Assembly: GCF_018350175.1 (NCBI RefSeq) | Contig: NC_058368.1 | Location: 192,636,001-192,700,000 of the forward strand | Reading direction: 5' to 3' | DNA length: 64,000 nt | Source: Felis catus | Lineage: Eukaryota | Shown here: positions 21,349 to 32,334 of the stretch, piece after piece | Layout: every line of letters begins with the position of its first letter | Position numbering within the stretch: position 1 is the first letter of the stretch | The notes under the pieces: model-generated | What the model saw: the letters and a program-made list of their open reading frames with translations, nothing else | The model's database searches: none | What the model was told of the DNA's origin: nothing | Program-made: the position numbers and the translations under genes

Positions 21349-22689
21349 GTCAAGAAAGTGAAAAGACAACCTACAGAATGGGAGGAAGTGTTTGCAAATC
21401 ATACACATGATAAGGGACTTGTATTTAGAATATATAATGCACTCTTATCATTCAACAATAAAAAGACAAGCCAATTAAAAAGGGGTAAAGGCTTTTTTAT
21501 TAAAAAAATTTTTTTGCATGTGTTTTTTAAGCACCAGAGTTCACTGAGGCATTTTATTTGCACACATGTATTATATCCCTAGAAAAAAGAACCCCGGGAT
21601 TTTCTCTCCAGCGTGTTTTGCTTCTTCATGAGGCCAGCTGAGGTTGTCAGTGAAATGAAACCAAACTGGTGGGACAGGAGCAGACTATTCTGCCATTTTT
21701 CTAGCTGTACATCCAATCTGGGGCTGATCACACGTGTTTAGCCTGCCCATGAAGTTCACAACAATTTTCCCAGCTCTGTGATCATCCATGATTTCAAATT
21801 CACCAATGTTAACCACGCTTCAGCATCATAGTTAGAAACTGGAAGATGACTTTGGAGCATGGACTAAGAGCCTGGTGTTTGCCTCTCTTTTTGGCATTGT
21901 TCATGCTCTTGAGAGCATCTGCCAGGACATTCATGCATGCCATAATGGCGGCACGAAAAGATGGTGGAAAGAGTGAAAGGTTTTGAATAGATATTTCTCC
22001 AAAGAAGATATACAGATGGCCAAAAGCACATGAAAAGATGCTCAACATCACTAATCATTAAGGAAATATAAATCAAAACTACAATGAGATATTACTTCAT
22101 ATCTACTAGGATAGCTATAGTACATAAGACAGGTAATAGCAAGTATTGGTGAGGATGTGGAGAAGTTGAACCCCACATACTGCTGGTAGGAATGCAAAAT
22201 TGGTGCACCCATCTTGGAAAAAGTTTAACAGTTCCTCAAAAAGTTAAATGTAGACTTACCATATGACCCAGCCATTCTACTCTTAGGTATCTACCCAGAG
22301 AGATGAAATGTCTTTCAACTGATGAATGGATAAACAAAATGTAGTATTTCCAGACACATTATTATTCTGCAATAAAAAGGAATGAAGGACTGACACAATA
22401 TGGATGAACCTTGAAAACATTATGCTAAGTGAAAGCCAGACACAATGGCCACATATTCCATGATTCCATTTATATGAAATGTTCAGAAAGGGCAAATCCA
22501 TGCAGATGAGTGGTTACCAGCGGCTAAGGGACTGGGGAGCTTGGGTGGGGAGTGACTGCTAATGGGTCCAGAGTTTCTTTTTCGGGGGACAAAAATGTTT
22601 TGAAATTAGGAAGTGGTGATAGTTGCACAAGCTTGTAAATATACTAAGAACATTGAATTATACACTTTAGGTGAATTAGATTTCAATAA
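21349..22689 (+). mobile_element. Old 5'-truncated L1 (L1MB-like; end of ORF2 plus 3' UTR), interrupted by the RPS15A retrocopy
   Basis: ORF2 remnant KKVKRQPTEWEEVFANH. L1 text resumes at 21976 (gaatagatatttctccaaagaagat). Ends AATAAA. TSD-like AAGAAGTGTGTGTAT 21334-21348 / AGGAAGTATGTGTAT 22690-22704. Confidence 0.85.
21496..21975 (-). pseudogene. RPS15A: Processed pseudogene of 40S ribosomal protein S15a, disabled
   Basis: Intronless. 5' TOP-like CTCTTTCC start at ~21973; ATG 21943-21941; [22 protein letters not shown]... ending in FFF-TAG (21581-21579). AATAAA 21558-21553 and a decayed poly(A). A 1-nt insertion gives TAA at 21811-21809, with further deletions (365 nt vs 393 nt expected). 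Confidence 0.93.
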
Positions 22690-22791
22690 AGGAAGTATGT
22701 GTATCATTAACTGTAATTGACATAAAGGTAGGAGTCATTGGATTTATTGAAAGGAATGAATCTTCAGTCTCCACTTGATGTTCTTAATCAC

Positions 22792-22890
22792 TTTTTTTTT
22801 TTAAAGCTCTAGGCCCATTGTGGGACTTGAACTCATGACCCTGAGATCAATAGTTGCATGTTCCTCCAGCTAAACCAGCCAGGCACTTCC
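22792..22890 (-). mobile_element. Short/old-type Can-SINE
   Basis: gggacttgaactcatgaccctgagatcaatagttgcatgttc...ccagccaggcac with T tail. Confidence 0.8.
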
Positions 22891-23576
22891 TTATGCATGT
22901 TTTTTGATTAGTAAAGAAAAATAATCAAATTGAAGATATAGTAGGAAAGGCAGGAAATATATCATCAAAGGTTGCGTCCAAAAATGCAGGTGTAATTGAA
23001 ACTGATAAACCCTTTTTTATTCCTTAGGAGCAAATGTGCCCTGTTGACGGAATACATTTTTTGTTTGACTTTTTACTTTCGACATTGGTCACATTTTCAG
23101 AAACCAATTCTGTATGGGAGTGGGGTCGTATGTGTAGTCTGTCATGGGGAAACAAACCTTTGTGCTTCTCCTTTCTTTAATGCTAGATGACCAAGCAAAC
23201 TTCTAAGAAAAAATTCAACTGATACTAGGAGGTTGCACATAATTATTTGGGTTACTGGATATTTGGGTCATTGGGTCTAATGCCCATAAAAAAATGAACA
23301 ACTTCAGATTCATATATCAGTCTTTCATGAGTTTCATTAGGCAAAGTCAGCCCTGGAAAGCTGTTTAGTTTTGGCCTTAACGAAATATGCAACTAATGGT
23401 GACATAAATAATAAGGGTTATTAATCAGTTTCACAAAACTAACATTTCAGAGATAGGTGGTGTGTTCATCAGCAGCTCAACAATTTCGGAGGTCCAAATC
23501 AGTCCTCCTGAGAGCTGGGGATAAAACCGTGGACTAGAAGACACTAAACAAGTAAATGAATGAATAAAATAATTAA

Positions 23577-24213
23577 AGCACTCTCATTATTACACTGATG
23601 CTGTGTTTGCAAATGTGCCTACTCACCAAAATAGATTTGTGACCTCAGAACTGATACTTGCAGCACCTCGGAGGTCACCTGCAGCACCTCGGAGGTCACT
23701 TGCAGACGTGTACATGTGCAGAGTGGCAAAAAATTGGAGTTCCCCCAACATGCACGTTCCCAGCTGAGGTCTAGCGCGCATGCTCTAAACAAGTATCCTT
23801 TTCGTGGGCAATGTGGTGTCACGTTTTACATATTTTTGTGCTTTTTGTTGGTGATTTTGGTTTAAAATGCCTCCCAAGCATAGCGCTGAGGTGCCGTATG
23901 GTGTTCTTAAGCACTAAGATGTGTCTATGGAGAACATGTGTGTGTTAAGTAAATTTCATTGAGGCATTAGTTCCAGAGTTAGCCCTGAGTTGGATGTTGA
24001 CAAATTAGTGACCTATTATTAAATAAGGTGTCTTTAAACAGAAATGCACATAAAACAAGGTTATGTATTGATCGTTTGATAAAAATGTTTCGAGTAGAGG
24101 CTCGCAGGAGCCTACCCCTGCGCTTCCCCTAGGGGCGTGGTTCAGTGTTTGCTGACTCCATGTTCACAGTGACTCAATAGAACATAACTACTGTGAACAA
24201 GGAGAATGGACTG
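23577..24213 (-). mobile_element. MER82-like (TcMar-Tigger) DNA transposon, containing a 21-bp tandem duplication at 23658-23705
   Basis: Matches recalled MER82 (aaggtgtctttaaacagaaatgcacataaaacaaggttatgtattgatcg...aacataactactgtgaacaaggagaatggactg, then TA). Confidence 0.75.
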
Positions 24214-25075
24214 TATGTCAGGATAAGTGCCATGAAGGAGGCTACAAAGGTGCTCAGCATGCCAGAAAATGATGTGTGTGGGGTGGGCCTGTGCTTGACA
24301 GGGTGTGCCAGAAGTTTCTTGGGGGTGGGGGTGAGCTAAGCTGGGACCTAAACTCTGACAAAAAGCTGCCAAGCAGAGGGAGAACATTCCAAGTGGAGGG
24401 ACCACTTGGTTTTGGAGGTGGGAAAGACTTGGCCTGTGAGGGCCTGAGCCCTGCTGGGGAGGTGATGGAGAAGCAGGCAGGGGCCAGCCTGGAAGGACTG
24501 TTAGGACCTGGCTAAGAAGTTTCGGTTTTATACTAGAGGCCTGGGGTGAAGTCACAAGCAGTGCAGCAGTAATCAGGTGTCTCTGGGTCCTTGTTTGTTC
24601 TCATCACTAGGCTAAAGAGGTCACAGATTATTCCTTATTCATCTCTGTATTTCCAGGGCTGAGGACAAAGGTGGAGCCAACTACTATCGGCACCCAGCGT
24701 GGACCACCATGGGCCCACAGTACATATGTCGGTATGCATTTGTTGTCTCGATGACCGAGCCCTGGGATTCTGCAGCTGTAAAGAAACCATAGCAGGGACT
24801 TTTCCCAGAATGTGGACTCCAGCCTCATGAGGACTCCAGACCCCAGGATTCCAGCCTCAGCATCCCAGGCTGAGAGGCCAATGCTGGGGGCGGGGGTGTT
24901 TAGCTCTAGCTCCAGCGAAAGCAGACCCTCCATCCCCTTCTTCCCATCCCCAGGCAGGAGCTGGCAGGAGATCAGATGCTACTTCAATTCCAAGTGGCTC
25001 ATGAACAAAAGCTGTGAAGTTGCTAAGAAACCTGCTTCTCTGAGGGTTCACCAGGTTTTCCTTTGTTTCTATGGC

Positions 25076-25113
25076 AGTGTGTGTGTGTGTGTGTATGCGT
25101 GCGTGCATGCACA
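25076..25113. repeat. (TG)n / alternating purine-pyrimidine tract
   Basis: gtgtgtgtgtgtgtgtgtatgcgtgcgtgcatgcacac. Confidence 0.9.
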
Positions 25114-26524
25114 CCAAGGGTCGTCACCCTGCCAGCTCTGAAGCAAGTCAGATTGGAAGGTAAGGATTGCAGACTTCCCTGGGGCACCTTCATGGGCCCG
25201 AGGATCACCAAGCCAGGCAGCCCAGGCACTGAGGGTGAACAGAGGAAACGGATGCCCGTGGCCAGAGGTTAGCAGAGCTGTAAGCAGCTGCAGGAAGGGA
25301 GCTCTGGATACTGAATCCTGGACCCACTTCAGCAATAGCCCAGAAGCCGTAGGGTGGGAGACACCAACAGAACTGAAAGGGGGCCCCACTCCTATCCCCT
25401 AGGTTAGCTTGGAAAATAAATCCCTAGCAACCTCAGGTCTACTACAAAATACCAGATGCAGGATTTGTACAACTGTAAGAGTACGGGCTGACCATTCTCT
25501 ACTTTGCTCCCCTTTTCCCCATTGTCATGGAAAATCTGAGGCCTAGGGAGGAGAAGGGACTTTCTCAAGAACACACAGCATGTAACGGATACAGGAGCAC
25601 TCTCTCTCAGAAGGCCTGTGGGTTGTGAGTGGAGGAAATAAAAGCCTAAAGTGTAATCTGAAGCTGTATTCTTCACCCGTTTGTCCATTCTTCAAATACT
25701 CATTGAGCCTTTACTCAGTGCCAGGAGGCCCCAATCCCCAATTCCAACTAAGTACAGAGAGAGAGAAGCCAAAATTGTTGGCAAATTGCCAAATTCTCCG
25801 CCTCTGCTCCTGAATAAGTATGCCACCAACCACTGACAGAGCTCCCACTGTGTGTCTAGCTGAGTGCTTTAGATACCTTGGATTCTACCCTTGCTTGTGG
25901 GCTTGGGAGCTGAGGAGCTAGAATGGATGAGACATGTTAATTCACCCCATCCTCCCACCTGTCCCAGTGGGGAAGGACCTTTCCTCCCAGGAATCAGTGA
26001 TTTCGAGAAGGCAACTGAGGGCCAGCTGCCCTGGAGTTTTCACTCTGCAGGCCCGAGGTGCCAACTATGTGCCCAGCAGCTCAAGAAAGTCATTCCTGGC
26101 TATAAACATCAGTTGAGGGCACATCTGATGCTCTCACCCTGCCCAGTTAAAAACCCTCCAATGGTCCCTACTGCTTTAAAAATAAAGCTCAGAGACGCCT
26201 TAACATGGCCTACAAGACCCTGCAGAGTCTGGCTTCTGCCCACCCTTTCCTTCTTGTCTCTTTTTTCTCACTCACTCTGCTCCCACCTCACTGACCTTCA
26301 TACATGTCATGTTCCCTCCACAGAGTCTTAGCACATGCGGCCCCTGCACCTGGAATCTTCTTCCCTCTCTTCCTCTGTCCCTAGTAAAATAATTTAATCT
26401 TTTTAAAGAAACCATTAAAATTTTAGAAGAAAATTAACAATATCCATCTTCTGGTTCCAGGGCTCAGAAGGCCAGTGAACAGATTTCCACCCCCCTTAAT
26501 CTGCCTTTTCCAAGACGTGGTCCA

Positions 26525-26540
26525 CAGCGCCCTCTGGTGG
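26525..26540 (-). promoter_or_regulatory. CTCF consensus site
   Basis: Minus strand CCACCAGAGGGCGCTG, a full match to the CCASYAGRKGGCRS core. Confidence 0.75.
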
Positions 26541-27322
26541 GCTCTGGGCGACAGCATCAGCAGGCAGCTTGGGCTGGCTGGACCGGTAGTCCTGCACTAA
26601 GTTTCAACCAGGGAACCAGAGGTGGGGCTGGAAAGATCATCCAAAAACTGGCCATTTTATGGCAGAAAACTGAGGGGCAGGATCTGCAGAGCCAGGCCAG
26701 CCAATGCTGTTTCTAGAATGTGGCATTACACAAATGATACAAATCTAATATTCAAAAGCATCGTAATATTTTGGTAGGTAGACACCTGTGGCTGATGGGT
26801 GAGCATCAGAAATAAAGCCATTTCACCTTGTCCTGCCCCCCTGAAATCTTCCATTCCTGGCTGTAGTCTGTCAGACCCTTTGTGGGCTACCCCACCTAAC
26901 CCTGTGAGCTCACCTCCTGTGCCTTCAACACAGAAACTCCCTCCTGCTCAGGGTTCTTGCAGTAGTGACTCCCTTTGCCTGGAACTCTCTCCCCCAAACT
27001 GCCTCTTGGCTCAGACTCCCTCATGTCTTTCGGCTCTCACAGAGACACGCTCTGACCGGCCTACCCAATGTTGCCTCCCAATCCAGTCTCTGAGACATCT
27101 CGGTTTATATTCTTCATAGCCCTGCTCACATCTAGAGTCATCTTGGTTGGTTGTTAGAGGTCCACCTTCCTCTCTAGAAGGACAGCTGTCGGGGACTTGT
27201 TCGGTATCTGGCAGAGGGCCTGGGTACCGAGCAGACACTCCCTGAATACGTGGGGAATGACGGACTGAAAAATGGTGCGTGACAAGAACAAGCCAGAGAA
27301 CACGTTAGACAAAGTCTGGAGG

Positions 27323-27328
27323 TTTACT
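27323..27328 (-). terminator. Distal GALNT10 poly(A) signal, variant AGTAAA
   Basis: Minus strand tgTGTAcaattgtgattgttgttgAGTAAA, followed by GU/U-rich tttgtctaacgtgttctctggcttgttcttgt. Confidence 0.6.
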
Positions 27329-29239
27329 CAACAACAATCACAATTGTACACAGTAAGTCAGTTCATCACAAAGGCTCACTTTTCCGGGCAGGAGAAGAGA
27401 GGTTGGTGGTCTTGAGCTCTCTGTTTAGAATCCCAGTCTGCCATCTCAATATTCCCTGCCTGTAGTCCCTTTGGGATCCCAGGCTTCACGCCCAAAACAG
27501 AGCAGGAGCTCAACCCTGTTGTCTGGAGAGGCTGAATCAAAGCCATCTGGGGAGCGGATGCTAAGAGGACCTTGTCACTTGGGATGTAGGTCCAACACCC
27601 ACCCCAGAGGCGGCAGTGGGCCTTGGCCTTGGCTCAAGATCAAGTTTGAACTGAAATATTACTTCGATTTTCACAAAGAGCATCGGTGGAAAGTAGAAAA
27701 GAATTCCAGAATTGGACTGCACTCCTTGCCCCTCTCCCACGCTTAAAAATCTTCAGAAAACATTAAAAATGCATTGCCTCCCAGGAATTATAAAAGATCG
27801 CCCAATCTGTACACACTAGAGACCACTGAAGCAAGGAATCCCCAGTCAGAGTAATTCTCGGTTACTACCGTAAAGTGCTTTGCCACGCTTTTGAGATTCC
27901 AGAGACTAGAAAAATGAAGATACACGGAAAGAAACAGGGAGCCATTTTCAAGGGTATCATCTCTTTCTTAAGGAGAGAGAGAAATTCGACAGGTAGGTTT
28001 GGAAAGTGAATATAGGGTGCACTTTGGGAATCTATATGCCGCATCTTCAACAGGAACTGCTCTTTCTCCCCTAGGCCTAATGTCACCCCCCCGCCCCCCG
28101 TGGAAGTGCCCCCCTCTGCCTCTGAACTAATTCTTCCACAAGGGGAGAAGGGGCGGTTCCTGGACTATTTTAAAAGTTGAAAGCTCCAGGGGGAGGCACA
28201 CGGTAGAATGGCTTTTCACACGTGTGCCTGAACATTTAGCCACCTCCAAAGGCCTTGTATTTACAGCAAAGAGGCTCTCCGCATTCCAAAATGTTTCCGG
28301 AGTTCCCCCTCTGGAAAGGCTGCTGGTGAGCCACACGGTCATGATGCTTTCTGGCTGCACCCTGTTTTGTGACCTCATGCTCAGAATAAAGGGAGGCAAA
28401 GGGGCCCACGTTCTCACCCATGACCCAGATGAGAGCGTCTCCACAGGTCCTGGCTGCTGTACTGAGCATCGGCTGGCAGTGTGGGCAGGAACCTGGATCT
28501 CTGAGACAGGTGGTTTTCAAAAAGGAGGCCAAAGCAACCAGTGGTATTTGTAACCAGTCAGTTGGTCAGCTGAGCCGTGAACCTCTTCCTTCCCCTCTTA
28601 CACACTTTGCCGAGTCCCAGCACCTCCTGGTGAGGGCTCATCAAGTGCTGCTCAGAGGACCTGCCCATCCCGTCGAGGGTGCAAAAGCAGACCCTAATGG
28701 AGGACCCAAGAATGGGACAGAGGAAAGCTGAAGCCCGCTTGGTGCTGCACCTGCTTTCCACAGGAGTCCTGGTCTTGCCGAGGACACTGTCACCCACTTG
28801 GAATGGGACATCTGGAGACCTAGCGAGTGCGCTGCGCTCCGTGTGGGGGCTGGGGTGGGGGACTCCAGGCGTGGTCTACAAACAGGGCCCTCTCCCAGGG
28901 GTTGCTGAGGCCCTTCTAGGCCACAGACAAAATGAGTTGTCCAGCTGCCCTTTTAACTTGGAGGGTTACTTGCCATGAACTGGAATAATTCCAGCCTCTG
29001 GCCCTTGAGGGGCATCTCCGCCTCCCAGATCCTGCCCTAGGCCCAACGTCTCCTGCTTGAAATCAGAAGTCAAGAAACACACACTCATCCAACAGAAACT
29101 GCACACACTACCACGAAAGTTTCCCCTCCCCCGCCCCCAACCCTGCCCCTTTATGTTTGTCTAGCAAGGCACTAGGAAATTGTTCAAGTTTAGGGATTTG
29201 CTGTACATTTGCATTTTTTTCTTTTTAAAAGGCACAGTT

Positions 29240-29250
29240 TTTATTTTAAT
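29240..29250 (-). terminator. Proximal GALNT10 poly(A) signal: overlapping ATTAAA and AATAAA
   Basis: Minus strand reads ATTAAAATAAA (29250-29240). Confidence 0.6.
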
Positions 29251-31241
29251 GATGCTGCTTTGCTCTCTGATGATGAACCCTCAGTTCTCCAAACTGCAAC
29301 TCTTGTTCTCCTAGATCCCAGAAGGGGCCTCCTCTTTGGACTCCTTCCTATGGAGGGCCACTTCTAAAGATATGGCACTCGTTTGGAAAAGACACGGAGG
29401 GATCAACAAGAAGGGATCAAGCAAGCTGTTGCACGCACAGGGGCCACCTCTCCTGGGGACAGGCGGCCAGGGCAGGGTGTGTGTGGGGGCAGAAGTGGAG
29501 GAAGTGATGCTTTGCCAGCTATATGCTTAATTGGGGTGGTGGTGGTTAGGAGTGTTTTATCTGCCTCCCCGCCCCTGATAACTGATGGCCTTGAGATCAG
29601 CCAGCATCTCAAAGGCAGATTCGTGGCTCTGTTCCCAGATTAATGTCTCATTTAATTGGTAAATGACACAATCGAGAGACCCAGCTCTAATTGGAACACT
29701 GGTTTCAAGTATTTCCTGGACTAGCTGGTGGGAGCCATAGGTTGTAGAATGCGATTTCCATTTCTGAATCAGTGGGTGGCAGGTTGGTCACAGAAATGCT
29801 TCCTATTAGCTTGGGAGCCCTCTGGGAGCCCGACACATAATTAACAAAGCAAAAGGTAAACACGAGGGACTGGCATGGAGCTGGGTGTCTGCCTGTTCGT
29901 GGGACCCTCCTCCACTGCAGCTGTGAAGGCGGTGGAGGGTGCAGGGCTTCGGGTCTGCACTGTGGACCGTGTCATACCGAGGCCTCCGGTACGAGCTGAC
30001 GGACGGACATGGGTCACCCATCCCTTACCCCCCCCTCCCCCCCCCGGACACCACCAACCTCGGATTTCAAAGATTGTCTCTAGGTTGGGGGCTGGATGCC
30101 TTAACTATATTACACTTGGCTGGCTCTTTTAAATCGCAGCATTCTAGAAATCCCAACTGGATGCTAGAATACCAGAATCCTATGTAGCGTTCTAGTTTGT
30201 GATCCAATGATACAGTTCTATAAAAATTCTAGAGTTCTGTGTGAGAACTGGAGCCGCGATGAGGTCAGAGGCTGGGCATCTCGCCCCCGGTCCACCTTGG
30301 AGGCCTCCAGACTTTGTGAGGTGAGCACTTCACACATCTGTTCCTTTCTTGAGGCAGGTAATTGCCCAAGAGAGAAAGAGGAAAATGGAAGCACTGATAA
30401 GGGAAATTCAGCCAGAATATCTGGTTTGGAGGTCTTCTACTAGGCCTTTTCCATGGGCCCAAGTCATCTGAAACCCAGCCCTGAAGAGCTGGTGGCTGAG
30501 CTGTCTTGTGCCCAGAGAGCAAGGAGAGACATCCCATGTGTCCATGGCGGCAAAGGAACGTCTAGAGGTCCAGCTTCTGACCCCAGGCCTGGCAGCTGGC
30601 CAGTGTTCAGTACTGGATGCTCTGAGGGCCCAGGTACGGCCTTCGAATGCATCGCCTGGGGCTGTGACAGAACAGAAGCCGGGCAGTAACTGTAGTTACT
30701 CAGCTACTCCATGACAGGCAGAAACTAAATGGCTGAAACCAGTGGCCCCAAGAAAGACTCCCTCCCTCCCCTTCTGCAGCGGACAGACAGCAGAGGTGCT
30801 ACAAGTGCCCAGACGGACAACAGGCGCTTCTCTTTCTAAAGGGCCGTCACATACGAGCCATCTCAAGGCTAGGTAACCTTGTAGGACCCATTTTCGGGTA
30901 GCCTAGGGCTGCCTTGGCATTTCTCCCACATAATGCCCAAAGGAACGTGGTGACAAAGTTGGTAAGGCCCTCCTAGATTTCCATGATGCCGTCAGGGATT
31001 AAAGCAGGCACTGCTCTTTGTGGGGCCTCATGTGGGGTCTGTTGTCCACCCCGCGGCTACCACTGGGCCTCAAGGAACAGGTGGGCCTCCTGCTCCAGCC
31101 GTCAGAGCCCTCTCTGCCCTAGACCTGTTGGCCAGCGCCTTTCACGTCACGCTGCCCACGGAAGCCCTGCCTCCCTCGGGAGGGGAAGGCTGCCGGAAGC
31201 GCCAGGAGAGGACCCCACCAGGCCCGCTAAGACACCAGGGC

Positions 31242-31400
31242 TCAGTTCCTGTTGAATTTTTCCAAGACTGTCGAGTTGGTGTGTTCAAACAGCCACTGCT
31301 GGGTCAGAGAAGCGGGGTTACAGGTGTTCATGAAGATCCTGTGGTCACTTTCACTGCAGTCCATGCAACTGCCGCTGACGGGGTGGTACAGGGTCTTGTC
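31242..31400 (-). CDS. GALNT10: GALNT10 last coding exon (human exon 12); ricin-B lectin gamma repeat and stop
   Basis: Acceptor ctgtttcgtag|GAC. Translates [52 protein letters not shown], then TGA at 31244-31242. Confidence 0.97.
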   Translation of the reverse strand, partial: DKTLYHPVSGSCMDCSESDHRIFMNTCNPASLTQQWLFEHTNSTVLEKFNRN

Positions 31401-31928
31401 CTACGAAACAGGGAGGTAATCAGGGAGGCGGCGCTGGGGATCTGAACCAACGGCAGCAGCAACGATAGCAACGGGGCAGTGAGGCAGCGGCCGTCTGCGT
31501 TCACTGACCTGCGAGGCCTCCCTGCTGAGGGCACAGCGAGACCCTGCCCGGCCTCCCCCGCAGGCGGCCTTGCCCTGTGCCTGAGCTCTGCCCCGGGGGG
31601 ATGCGGGTGGAAGTGACCTGTGTGCCACCTCCGGGCCTGGGCCCTACTCATGCTCGTCTCTGGCCCACTGGCATCGGTTCTCATGACGGTGGTGGTGCTG
31701 GTGTTTTATGGACTCAGCTGCCAGCATGTAAGAGCGTAGAGATTTCACATAAAAACCTGGCTTTCTGGCATCTCTCAAATGGCAGAGAAGTGGGGCATGG
31801 CGGGTGTGTGGCGCGAATGCACGGGCGAGCATGCTCTGTGGGGGGAAGTGAGGTGCTGCATGCCCGTCTGCTTCTCTTTGTTTAAAACCAAGCAGGTTGC
31901 CCTGTTCCGCCCACACAGCCCGCCTTAC

Positions 31929-32078
31929 TTTGCGGTATTTCCACAGCTGGTTGCCCTTCATGCTGTGGCAGTCATAGAGGGTGACCGGGCTGGTGTTGGA
32001 GATGGCGTCAAAGCAGAACTTCTTCGTGTGTTGGGGGTCTCCAGGTCGGATGTCCTCTCTCCAGGTGAAGGTGAACAC
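31929..32078 (-). CDS. GALNT10: GALNT10 coding exon (human exon 11); ricin-B lectin beta repeat
   Basis: Acceptor ctgtatgtacag|GTG, donor AAA|GTAAGG. 150 nt. Translates [50 protein letters not shown]. Confidence 0.97.
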
Positions 32079-32123
32079 CTGTACATACAGGGACATCATT
32101 ATAGGGATGGCAAAACTGGGGAC

Positions 32124-32330
32124 TTTCTTTCTTTCTTTCCTTTTTTTTTTTTTGAGAGAGCGAGAGTGCATGTGCAGGGGAGGGGCAGAGGGAGGACGGG
32201 GAGAGAGAATCCCAAGCAGGCTCCACGCCATCAGCACAGAGCCCGACGCGGGGCTCGACCCCACAACCATGAGATCTTGAGCTGAAATCAAGAGTTGGAT
32301 GCTCAACCAACTGAGCCACCCAGGCACCCC
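32124..32330 (-). mobile_element. Can-SINE, sense to GALNT10, with its tail ~45 nt upstream of the exon 11 acceptor
   Basis: Head ctcaaccaactgagccacccaggcacccc ends at 32330; (TTTC)/T tail at 32124-32153. Confidence 0.93.
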
Positions 32331-32334
32331 TCTC

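Larger units (their letters stand above)
27300..31241 (-). other. GALNT10: GALNT10 3' UTR (~3.9 kb long form)
   Basis: Repeat-poor sequence after the stop, ending at a UGUA / AGUAAA / GU-rich arrangement near 27.3 kb. Confidence 0.7.

Noticed and set aside
21809..22051. 80-aa ORF fusing antisense L1 sequence to the RPS15A N-terminus
   Set aside because: Chance fusion at the insertion junction; stops early at a frameshift-derived TAA, and no promoter evidence.
23658..23705. Direct repeats suggestive of a CRISPR-like array
   Set aside because: A simple 21-bp tandem duplication inside a MER82-like element, with no spacers; the context is mammalian.
30135..30250. Repeated TTCTAGAA-like motifs resembling heat-shock elements
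   Set aside because: No clean run of three alternating nGAAn units; better explained as a decayed (ATTCTRTG)n MIR3/L3-type tail.
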